A stretch of DNA of 64,000 nucleotides from Guillardia theta CCMP2712 (lineage: Eukaryota; Protista; Cryptophyta): contig NW_005434666.1 in assembly GCF_000315625.1 (NCBI RefSeq), positions 667,877 through 731,876 on the forward strand. The letters are read 5' to 3'. Both the position numbers and the translations under genes were made by a program. Of the stretch, positions 1 to 21,311 are shown in pieces; the stretch's first letter is position 1, and the number at the start of each line of letters is the position of its first letter. Under the pieces are notes generated by a model. The model made no database searches and was not told the origin of the DNA. It saw only the letters and a list, made by a program, of their open reading frames with translations.

Positions 1-2347
1 TTGGGGAGAAAGGAAGATGGTTAAAGAGATGGTCTTTGGTTTCTAGCGATATCCCGTGTGATTGTTCCCCATTTGCCTACCTCGATTTCCTTTCGATTGA
101 TCAGATGTTTCTTCCGGCAGCTTGTTCATGAGAAGTTTCAAGCGCGTTGCTGTGCATTCAATCGAAGAGGCACGCTACTAGCCACTGGATGCCAAGATGG
201 TGCAGCAGCCCTCTGGGACTTCGATACGCGAGGTTGAAGATGGATTCCTCGTTCTTGACGAGCGCATCTGATTCGCCTTCAGGAGTGATTAAGGTGCTTC
301 AAGACAAAAAGCTCCAAGAGATTCCAGCTGCAATCGCGGCAATCGGATGGTACCTTTAATCCTTTGCTAGGCATAGATGATGAGGCTGAACTGCAGGTCT
401 CAAGATGGTCGGAGGATAGTGACGGCTGAGGAACGTGGAAGAGTTCGAGTTTGGGATGTAAGATTTGTTTTGATGCATTCTGCTTCTGCTGTCCATGCAA
501 CTATATCAAAGACAGTATAACCATGCCTCAGGTGGAAAATGGGACTATTTTGTACGAGACCAATCTTGATTCAACGTGTTTGACTGTCCATGTACATTCC
601 ATGTCATATTCAAGTGATCGCCTTACATCCGTGACAGATAAATCCTTCAAATTCATCAGAGATTCTTGCATGTCCTAACTGTGGAGTACCGACACTTATC
701 AACATCGAAGATGGATCTCATAGGCTGATCGCAGGCTCGCATGTGATTGATGTATGGTTTGAAGGAATGCGAAAGGATTCATTTGATTTTTCAGATAGCA
801 GAACCGCAAGTTGGGTCCAATGCCCGCAAGGTCATGGATTGATTTGACTTTCCATGAATCTTAATGTGGTCATCCAGGGTGCAGGAGAAGCGATTCGAAA
901 TTACGCAGCAAGCTATTCTCCTTCTGGTGCTGAGGTAGACTTAGTTCGTTGCATACCATTTCCAAGTCTTATCTATTTTTAAGGTGTTTGTTGGAAATGG
1001 AAAAGGAATGGTATCTATCTGGAGAGTTGAAGATCTCGAACAGGTCTCTCACCATGGCAGTTGCTGAAAAATGGTTTTCTTTGACTTGGGAAATCTAGAT
1101 CGGCAGCCTTCAACTCCCCTCAAACACAGCTGTTCGGAACTTTCAAGTGCTTTCATCTTCTATAACGACCTCTGCTTCGTTGACAAGTTTGCAGTTGACA
1201 AGGGACGGTTCATATTTTCTTGTTTCGGAAACGGGAAAGATAAGGGTTTACGATTCTAAGCAATCAACACTATATCGCGAATTCTTCGATCAGGTTCAGG
1301 CTGAGTCTTTTTGCATCGAGAACAGGATTTATTTTCAATTAGGTCAACAGGACTCAATGGCGCAAATGCTGCTTTTCTTCGGATGGGAACTATGTGCTTG
1401 GAGCTACGGCTGAGAAAGGAGAGCACACAATACATATCTGGTATCGAGAAAATGGACAACTCGTACATGTTCTGGAGGTACGTGCTTTTCTCGACAAAAT
1501 CATAGGGTTGCTCATGACTTTGTAGGGTCCAAAAGAGTCAGTTTGGGACCTAGCATGGCATCCTACTCGAACCATAATTGCTTCTTGTGGACAGGTGAGG
1601 AACAAAAACATTCCCGTTGCGCACTCTGAAGTTGGAGTTTGTCTTGTAGAGTGGTAAGGTATATATCTGGGCGAAGCAGTACTCGGAGAACTACTCTGCT
1701 TTTGCGCCTAATTTCAAGGAACTTGAGGTATGAACCTCCATCCTTTTTCAAGACCTCAATATCCCTTTAGGAAAACGAAGAGTACATCGAGCGGGAAGAC
1801 GAATTCGACCTGATTGACCATCATCAGATCATCAAGAAAAAACGGGTTTCTCAGCTGTTTTTGATGCTTTAAATCATGACTGTGCAATGAAGGAAGAAGA
1901 GGAGGCCGTGGAAGTGGATATCACAACCCTGGATGAATCGACCGCTCAGACTTACGGCTTGTTGGAGATTCCAAATGAGCTGGTTTATCTGCCTGCAATC
2001 CCGGACCCAGATCAGCAAATGGCAACAGCGAAGGTATTTGAATGCGGCTGTGAGCTACAGCACATTAATTCAATCTTGCTAAGGATGATGATCCTACTCC
2101 TGCTGCTCAGATCAAGACTAGAGTATTTAAGAATGGGCTTGAGGTTTTGAACACCTAGTTTAGGAGGTGTGCTCCCGGTGACAGCAATCCTTTCAGGTCC
2201 AGGTCATCCAAGCTAAAAGGATTGCAGAATCGAATCTCAATCGGCATGGTAATCTCATATGATGGAACAATTATGATCTCACATTTCCCAGTAACTGACG
2301 CAGACCCGGTGGAACAAGTGAAGAAGCAAAAATTGGAGTCCTCGTGA
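1..2347 (+). CDS. RBBP5: WD40 COMPASS/SET1 complex subunit RBBP5/Swd1 (multi-exon; true start near or before the window edge)
   Basis: Spliced exons give RCCAFNRRGTLLATGCQDGAAALWDFDTRG, QWRKCCFSSDGNYVLGAT, HTIHIWYRENGQLVHVLEGPKESVWDLAWHP and [37 protein letters not shown], which match RBBP5 hallmark motifs. Likely stop TGA at 2345-2347. Confidence 0.92.
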
Positions 2348-2496
2348 TATACTGAAGCAGTCCTGACTCGAGATATGATCACTTCTTCATAATTTTCCGT
2401 GTAATACAACTTCTAAACAATGAACATTTCTCCACCGATTCTTCTGCCAATCTACTATTTACAGAATCGGCCCCCTGGGTTTGATGACTCTGTCCA

Positions 2497-5441
2497 TCAC
2501 AGAGCTTTGTGACGTCCCTTCAAAAGATACCCCCGCGCAAGCTCCTTGTGTTCGATCGGATCGGCAGGCGATGAGTCGGCAGGCACCTCGCAAGTTCTCG
2601 GGATGGTGTAAGAAGACTCCAGCTTTGAAGTTGCGTTGACAGGACGAGAGAATTTCATCATGTGCTCTGAGAAGACAAGAAGCGTCAGATCATTCACAGC
2701 TAGCTTAGTCACTTGCCTCTGCTGACGGGTTGATTTCTAATAGGCGATGGAGTGCGCGCCCTCTGCATGAGTCGTTTGAAGTTGTTTGGGGACTGACTTG
2801 ACGCTGTCGTCAGCTCTCGGCCGTTGACCACGTGCGAACTTGATGTGCGACCGGGGGGCGAAGCCACTCGTCGCACAGGAGAAAGGCTCATGGAGCGCAG
2901 CTCTTCTTCTGCCATGTGAGGCCTCTGAGCAGAGCCAGGTCTCATCGCAGAGTTGTTGCCGCCCTCCTCGTCCCTCCTGGCCAAGTCGAAGGGCCTCTCC
3001 GACTGCTTCCTCCCGAAAGGAGAGTTCTGCCTTCTCCCAGCACCCTTGCCCTGGAACAGAGGAGACTCGAGGCTTTCCTTGCATGAGAGCCTTTCGTGAG
3101 GATTGATGTATAGAAGCCCCTGCAGTAGCTGCAACCAGTCGTTCTTGGTTTCCCTCAAATCACCCTCATTGCGAGCAATGTCTGCCATTCACACAAAGGT
3201 CAAACAGCGACTTCTCTGTCTCAATTTCGTCACCTGGTGGGCATCTTTCCTTTGTTATTGACATGCTTACCTGCCAGGATTTTACTGAAGGCAATACAAT
3301 CTGCTCTTATCAGCTCACCATGTTGCTCAGTTTACTTTGCATCGTTGGCCAACCCTTCATGTGTATATGGCAAGAAAGTTTCTTGACGTATTTCTCTTCA
3401 GGGGATCCCAGCATTTTGAAAATCTTAATCAGCTGATCGCTGTTGAAATTCCTGTGCGTGACCTTAATACAAAGATATCAGATAATCGTATTGCTACAGA
3501 CATTCACGGGTACCTGTGGACAATTACAAATGTTCTCTGCATTGCCTCGGAAAGGACAAATGCCAATAATCATTTCCAGCAAAATACAACCCGCTGACCA
3601 ATCATCAATCTTCTTGGTATATGTTGTATCTCCAAGGAGAAGCTCTGGGGCTCTATACCACAACGTGACCAACTCACGATCGACATACCTGCGTCAGGAG
3701 CATCAGGTTGGTCACTTGCAATCACGATCACTTACATTACATCTTCATTCGACCTTGCAAGGCCAAAATCACAAATCTTACATTGCCTGTCATTGAAAAT
3801 TAAGACATTCGATGATTTGATATCCTGGTGAACTATATCCTTTTGGTGTATAAAATCGATAGCCTGGAGGATCTGTTCACTCCAAACTGAGACAGACTGC
3901 AGAGAAAGGGTCTTCTCTTTCTTCCTAACAATTTGGTAAAGGTCACTTGTTGCTTTTTCCATGATAAACACTTGGCAATTGTCCGATGTTCCCATCAGCT
4001 CAACGATATGTGGATGAACGCCAACTCGTTCAATGAACTCCACTTCCTTCTTCATTGCCTTCAGAACGTCCTTGTAGCTGATATGACACGCACTTGGGTT
4101 GTCCCCACCGAAATCTAGATCTTTTTCTGGTTTAACAATCTTGATAGCAACATCTACACAAGATGAGTCAAGACATTCCCTTCATTCCAGCCATCTGATT
4201 CAACAACTGCTCTCACCTTTTCCTGTAGCTAAGTGCTTCCCTTTGTGCACTGTTGCAAACGACCCTTCCCCTAATTTAGCACCCATCTTCCAATGGTACA
4301 CGATTATACAAATCAAGCTGTCAATGCTATACCTCGAAGTCGCTCCGTCGACACGTCGGCAGCTGCATAATCACATCTGCGATGGAAGAGCTTATCAGAA
4401 AAACAACAAGAAGCGAGAGGCATGGTGCATACCATCCTTTCCATTCACACCAGGCCTTTCCTTCTTTGGGTCCGGCGAGAACCTGTTACTTCGAACAGGG
4501 GATGGATCTTTCTTTGGGTCCGGCGAGAACCTACTACTTCGAACAGGGGATGGATCTTTCTTTGGGTCCGGCGAGAACCTACTACTTCGAACAGGGGATG
4601 GATCTTTCTTTGGGTCCGGTGAGAACCTACTACTTCGAACAGGGGATGGATCTTTCTCATTTTCACCTTGTACAGGAGAGTTTTCTGAAGAAGACATCAC
4701 TGTTTTCATGGACGAGCAAGAGAATCTACCTGGACTAGGAGTGTCCACCAACTCCTTTGCAAAGCTTGATCTCTCGCGAGATAGCCAACTGTCTTTCTTG
4801 ACGAGCCTCAGCCCTGGAGACGATACTTGGTCCGGTTGGTCCCGTCTGTCTAGAAAAGACCTCCTCCTATCCATCGGAGAAACCGAAGTCTGCTCATCTA
4901 AGACAGCAGAGCTTAGCTTTCTTTCCATCGGTGCTGCCCAGTTGAGCTTTCTTTCGGTTGGCGAATGGACTTCAGATTGCCTCCTTTCTAGAAAAGACCT
5001 CCTCCTATCCATCGGAGAAACCGAAGTCTGATCATCTAAGACAGCAGAGCTTAGCTTTCTTTCGGTTGGCGAATGGACTTCAGATTGCCTCCTTTCTAGA
5101 AAAGACCTCCTCCTATCCATCGGAGAAACCGAAGTCTGCTCGTCCAGGACAGCAGAGCTTATCTTTCTTTCGGTTGGCGAATGGACTTCAGATTGCAACT
5201 TCTTCTTATCCCCTTGTTCTTCGATAATCCCCATTGACTTTCGCCTTTCAAGCATCTCTTTCAGACTATCTCTTCGTCCCATGGGAGAGATCGCGCGAAT
5301 AGTTCTGTTGGATTCAGCAACGTCCCCCTCACCTAGCGTCTTGTTTTTCTCCTCCTTTCCTTCCCCTTCCTCTGGGTATGCCGCCTTGAAACTCTCAGAC
5401 GCGCGTACTTGACTTCGCATCCTTCCTACGAGCCCCGCCAT
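2497..5441 (-). CDS. CDK-like (CMGC) Ser/Thr protein kinase, non-RD type, with long repetitive N-terminal extension
   Basis: Motifs [16 protein letters not shown], alpha[54 protein letters not shown] and [21 protein letters not shown] lie across ORFs 4395-5441, 3732-4055, 3478-3672, 2709-3188 and 2497-2712. Confidence 0.9.
4462..4657 (-). repeat. Coding tandem repeat, 48 bp x ~4 ([16 protein letters not shown])
   Basis: Near-identical unit tttgggtccggcgagaacctactacttcgaacaggggatggatctttc repeated four times. Confidence 0.95.
4850..5197 (-). repeat. Coding tandem repeat, ~108 bp x ~3 ([36 protein letters not shown])
   Basis: 36-aa unit visible three times in ORF 4395-5441, with one short insertion. 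Confidence 0.92.
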
Positions 5442-5918
5442 CGTCTACCTTCTGCAACTACCCCCCACGCTTCCTCCCCAATATCCCCTTCTCCACACCC
5501 CTACCTTGTGACCCACTAAATATCCTCCCTACCCCACCTTTTAGCATTTACGACCCCACCTTACTCCTACTCATACCCCCTGACACCTTCCCCGAAATGA
5601 AACTTTCCCCTTCCCTGTACCCGACTTACCACCCTACCACCCTGGTGCGCCCAATGACTCAATTGCATCGAAAGTACCCGACCTAGCCCATCAATTACAC
5701 CCACCCCCCTGGGGTACCCACCCACCCTGAAGAAGATTGTCCGACTTCCACAGCCCATTTTCCCGTGAGGCCAGGGGAGGGTCAGCGATGGTAGAAACCA
5801 AGAGGGCAGATTGGGGAGGAGGAGGAGGAGGAGGAGGAGGAGGACGACGTGGAGGAGAGGCGAGCGGAGGATCACGCGGGAGACACGGCAAGCTGACTGC
5901 TTTCCCTTCGTGCTCCAG

Positions 5919-6132
5919 CGCCAAGCCGGAGCTGTGTTCGATCTACTGGGCCCAGTACTTCGAGATCTTCAACTCTTACTCGGTGATCCCCAACAACTGC
6001 CAGGTGGGTGTCGAGGCCTTCCTGACGATGTGGAGATGAAAGTTGGTTGCAGACCGAGAACAAGATCAAATCTCTTCATCTCTTCGAGTCGCCGCTGGTG
6101 GGAAGAGGATTCGCAGCCAGCATCTCCGCCCT
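5919..6132 (+). CDS. Orphan spliced coding fragment (AKPELCSIYWAQYFEIFNSYSVIPNNCQ|TENKIKSLHLFESPLVGRGFAASISA), runs into gap
   Basis: Strong GC3 codon bias and a GT..AG intron at ~6004-6052. No recognisable family. May be mis-joined through the (GGA)n tract upstream. Confidence 0.4.
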
Positions 6133-6232
6133 NNNNNNNNNNNNNNNNNNNNNNNNNNNNNNNNNNNNNNNNNNNNNNNNNNNNNNNNNNNNNNNNNNNN
6201 NNNNNNNNNNNNNNNNNNNNNNNNNNNNNNNN
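6133..6232. other. Scaffold gap (100 N)
   Basis: Run of N. Confidence 1.
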
Positions 6233-6719
6233 GTGGGCATTGCCATTACACATATTGGTTATAGCCCCTTGTCTTCCTGGAAACTCCGGGGCAAAGTTCC
6301 CTTACGTCCATATGTTGCAACGTGAAGGGCAAGAATAGTTCGATGGGTGTGCAAGCCAGGGTCATAGTCGGGAGCTTAAAGGTCAAGAAGCAGTCTATCA
6401 AACATGGCGGTCATCTTTCGCAAATCAGTGGCAAAGGGAGCAATGTCCTGCAAGTATCTAGGTCATTAGTGACAGTCCATTTTCAGAATCGGCCAAGCAG
6501 GGTAAGAGAGAACGGGAGGATGGGAGGGAGGGAGGAGGAGGATTCATAGGTAGGGGGAAAGATCGGATGGGGAACGAGAAGGTGAGGAGGAAGAGCAGGG
6601 GGATTTCCGAAGGCAGAAGAGGGAGACTGAAGAGAGGTGCACGGGAAGAAAGGGTTCAGACGAGAGCAGCGAGAGTAGAGGACTCCTGGAGGGAGCTTGA
6701 CTGAGGGAGTGCCAGCAGC

Positions 6720-9700
6720 TATGGAGGAAGGACGACGGAAGGTGTGATGTAGACTTTAATCGTGAGGGTCTGCAGGAACCTTGCGCAGCAATGCCTCGAC
6801 CCGACTGCGACATTTGGTTAGCTGTGGAAATTTCCATCCCGTCTCACCCTTGCAGATCTTGATTAGAGTTCGCAATCTCCCGCAAGATCTCCTGTCATGA
6901 TCGTCAGTCGCAAACATTCTCCCCGGAGTGACTCGGCAACCCGTAAGGATTGCAAGGCCTGCGGAACAGCGTCCATCTTGCCAGGATCGTGGTGTGCTTC
7001 AACCCGTTCTGCGACCTTCTCCATGTGGCTCTTGGGTATCCATGCTGCAAGAGCTGATCAGAGGAGGCGGGGATCGTGGTAGCTCACCATCGTACTCGTT
7101 GATGATGTCAATCAGCGTCATGCTGGTGACATTGTGATTCATCGCCACAAGTGACTCCAGTTCCTAGGAGAGGAGCAAGTGAGAATTCATGAATGACAGA
7201 TCGCCGCTCTCACATAGAAGTCGACGCATGTCTTGCTCTCTATACCTCGGAAATACTGCAAGATCTGCATTCAAACCGCCTCAGTCTCGGCTTGTGTGCA
7301 TTGAGTTGCCGCAGACTTTGAGCTTGGAGGTTCGATTTAGTCGTTTCTGAAAGTCTTGGGGAAGAACACCGCGGAGGTAGTAGATCCTTCTCAAGAAGCC
7401 CCAGTACATCTGAGATGACATCGACGGTGCTGTCAGTAGAAAGACTGTTGCTACATGCAGAGTTGAACACGCCTGCGAGAAGACGGAGTAATCGACCAGG
7501 TCCTTGAACACGCTCTTCTCCATCTCTTTGCGTGACTCGCACATGGCAGTGTATCCGTCCATGATGATGGCGATGGTGATGTTGAGGATTACGATGACCA
7601 TGATGAAGATGAAAGGGTAGAAGAAGATGGGAGCTCCTGCATCGCTAACTTGCGCCAGCTGGCCGGGGAAGATCAGTATCAGGACTTGCGGGGATTGCGG
7701 CAGATCAGTTGCTGACCTCCTCGTAGTTGGTGGAGCCTGTCATGTACTCGAAGACAGTGATGAGGCCGAGAGAGAAGGAGGAGAAGCCCTCGAACTAGTC
7801 ATTGTGGTCAAACTTCGTCAATGCCATGAGACAAGAGAGTTGGAGATATCTGTCATGAAGGATTTGCAGCATACCTTGTCTCCGAAGCTGAAACGAAACG
7901 CAAATGTCAGTCTCGGGAGAACACATGCAGTGGAGAGCTTACATCAGCATTCCCATGAGCAAGAATCCGATGTACAGAAGCAACAAAACGATGGAAAAGA
8001 GAATGAATCCGTCTCTGCAAGCCAATCACCCTTACAGTTGTCAAATATTGGTGCAAATCTACTTCATCTTTGTAAACGTCGCTGTTAGTTTTGAGAGAGT
8101 GTAGTTCATGTTGAAATCTGGAAGGGACTTCTTAGTAGCAGGATTTGATATTTCTGTCACATCATTACAGTACAGAAGGCGAAACATAAAGAAAGCAATC
8201 TGCAAGCTTGTGCAAATGAAGTAAAGTTTCAGCCTGCCATTCAAGTTACTTGTCTCCTCTATCACAAGTATAAGATAAGAACTTGAGATATAGCGAAGTG
8301 AAATCAACAAACTTTCCATTCAAAGGGCGGATCTCATTCTGCACATCAATGACCTGTTAAAAGGACCGTAGCATGGAAGAATGCATGTTACCGTATTTAT
8401 CACTAGGTTGTTTCGGACAGGATCCGTTATGATAACAATCCAAAGCACAAAACAGGCAAAGAAGTCTAGAACTTGAAGGATCTGTTGTGCGTGTACACCT
8501 TGAGATCTGCTAGCATTGAACCTCCAGGGCAAGCGTTGCTTACCTTAATGGTGTTGATGGAGTTGTGAAACAGGTAGGCCGTTAAGTACCCGTACTCCTC
8601 GGCGAGCTCGCCGACTCGCTCGACCTCTCGCTTCACAAAGAATAGCCAGAAGATGACGACAATAAGCTCGCCTGCCATCCTCACGTAGTCTTGCCAACTG
8701 ACAGGGACAAGTCTTAGCATGCAAGAAGCAGCATCAGACTCGTTACGCTTCATAGAGAGCTGAGGGGACGGTAGAGCACTGTGAAGAGATGATGAATAAG
8801 AAAGAGAGTAGGAAGCGATCACATCACCTCATATGCCATCTTGAAGTTGCCCGTGTTAGATATCCAGAATTTCAGGAGCACCGTGGCAAACAGACCTGTA
8901 AGAAAGGGTCAAAAGGCAAGAAGAGCAGAATGTAGTTATACGAGAGTTTGAATTGTAGACGGTGAAATCAAGACTGAAATCCAAATAGTTTTACATCTTA
9001 TCTCAATCACTCTTTGCTCCTTGTTACCTGTAGAACCTGTATTTCCATCGTCAATGGAGTGAAGCAAGCACAAGAAGGCTTACTGGGTTCCCTCGTTGAT
9101 CCACCCGTTCATCCTTAACTCACGTATCTGGAGCAGTGTCAAAGGGGCTTTTTGACATGACCACCCACTTTTGCAACAGCTTGATTGAAATCCTTTGGAA
9201 GGTATTGAAAGAAACCTTGTGTGCTTGGGATACCTTGCAGAGCATAAGTCAATTTCTGTATCGTGAGCCCGGGGATATGAACGATTCTTCACCTGGTGAG
9301 CCAGAAGGAAAGCTCTCGAAAACATACACAGACTTCTCATCCCTTCCGATGAAGGACTCGGTGTCAACGTTGCCCCAGGTGCCGTCGAAGTACGTGCTCC
9401 CGTAGCCTCAAGGTCAGACATTTCAGTCACATGGTTTGACAATCAGCAGTCGCGATAGATAACGCAGAGATCATTTCCTTACATTCAGAGGAGAAATTAG
9501 AGAGGTACGGGAGTGCATCACAAGTTCCATTCTTGGCACGTCTCTGTATCAACCTGATCTCATTGATAATCCGACTATGCTGTTCAGACCAACAATTTTC
9601 ATTTCCATCTCTTGCACTCCACAAAGCATCTCACCATGTGGATTGTTCCATAATCATTTTGCGGAACGGGATCACCGTTGTAGTAATCATTTTGCAATAT

Positions 9701-10430
9701 CCGAGGCAACAGGGCGTATAGATGCCACTTGCAGAGTATACATTAGCAGCAAAGCAGGCAAAAATAGAAAATCTCACATCCCAAAACTCATCTATGGTAG
9801 ATATATCCTGAAAAGTTTTCTGTTGAAAGCTCCATGGATCTCGATACCTTCCATCATGGTCAAAAGTGCAGAAGAAGTGTACAATCATTCAACGCACTGA
9901 GTTTCTAACACAATCTTTCGTAGCATCCCATCGATGTCGGACGCCTTCGGGACAGCAGATGAGACAACATCAGCAAACCACGATCCAAATTACCATCTCT
10001 GAATTCCGCTGATAGTAAATGACTGTCATGTAGATTGCTGCAAATATCAAAAACCTGTGCGAATGTTCTACAATGAAAGCTTTTACCACTGCAATTCACC
10101 TGATGAGCCCATTGGCCAGTTCTGAATGTTTGAGCTTCGTCTTGGCAACTTGGCATATCTGCCTGTTTCATCAGAAGAAGCAATCTTTTTCGCTGGCAGG
10201 GCAGTCGGCGTCTGACCTTCTCAACGTTCACGTTGGAGCTCCTTGAGGGATGAACGTACTGCTCAAGCTCGAGTTGTGAGACCATGTCGACGGATCTGCG
10301 AGATCTATTGCCACATCAGTTTGACCTGCAGGCATGGAAGAGATCAGTCCCTGATGCCCATCTCTCGTTCGGATTTGATCCATCTGATCTCAAAATCCTC
10401 AAGGTATCTGTCCTTCGCTCTTGTTGTTCC
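6720..10430 (-). CDS. PKD2: Polycystin-2 (PKD2/TRPP)-like cation channel, multi-exon; both ends approximate
   Basis: TFQDISTIDEFWD; RIINEIRLIQRRAKNGTC; LRMNGWINEGTQ; LDFTVYNSN..LFATVLLKFWISNTG (TOP domain); pore ITVFEYMTGSTNYEELAQV; S6 APIFFYPFIFIMVIVILNITIAIIMDGY. Confidence 0.85.
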
Positions 10431-10849
10431 ATGATGTGACAGGAACTCCACAACGAGACTTCCTTCCTTGCGAATCGCCTCATGCTGTATTGCCACTTCC
10501 TTCGTCTCTGTAATTCCTTCTTTTGTCTTTCCTCCTGCTCTCTTTCCCTCCTGCTCTCCTTCCTTGCTCTAGATCCTACTAGGCATGCGCCCTCGGTAAG
10601 TGTACATCGTCTCTTCGATTCTTGACGTCTTCCCGAACCCCACCCTTCCTTAACCACGATAGATACCCCTACCCCCACATCGTCCTGGCATCAGAATGAC
10701 AGGACCCTCACCACGACGTCTCACACCCCACCCCGTGTACTTTCAAACATCAAAATTTGACGAGACGTTGCAACGGAAACGATCGGAAGCGGAATGGGAG
10801 GGAGGAAGGAGGGAGGGAGAAAGGGAGGGAAACAAGGAGGCGGGGAGGT

Positions 10850-10934
10850 AGGCAGGGAGGGGCAGGGAGAGGCAGGGAGAGGCAGGGAGAGGCAGGGAGA
10901 GGCAGGGAGAGGCAGGGAGAGGCAGGGAGAGGCA
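10850..10934 (+). repeat. (GGCAGGGAGA)n decamer tandem repeat, ~8 copies
   Basis: Seen directly. Confidence 0.95.
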
Positions 10935-10997
10935 GGCAGCATGAACTGGAAAGGGTGCTGATGACGTTGTAACGCCCTTGTTTGAACACAGATCAAG

Positions 10998-21197
<10,200 letters not shown>

Positions 21198-21311
21198 GGA
21201 AGAGGCGATGGGGAAGACGGGCAAGGGACCAGCAGGCTCCTTCGGTTTCAAACTTGTTTCCTATTTTTAATCGTATTCCTCCTCCACGCACAGCATGTTC
21301 CTCTCCTGCCG

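Noticed and set aside
4462-4657. Regularly spaced direct repeats resembling a CRISPR array
   Set aside because: Contiguous in-frame 48-bp coding units with no unique spacers, in a eukaryotic context with no cas genes.
6233-6550. Possible gene start running into the gap on the minus strand
   Set aside because: No sustained ORF or recognisable motif, and the adjacent gap prevents assessment.
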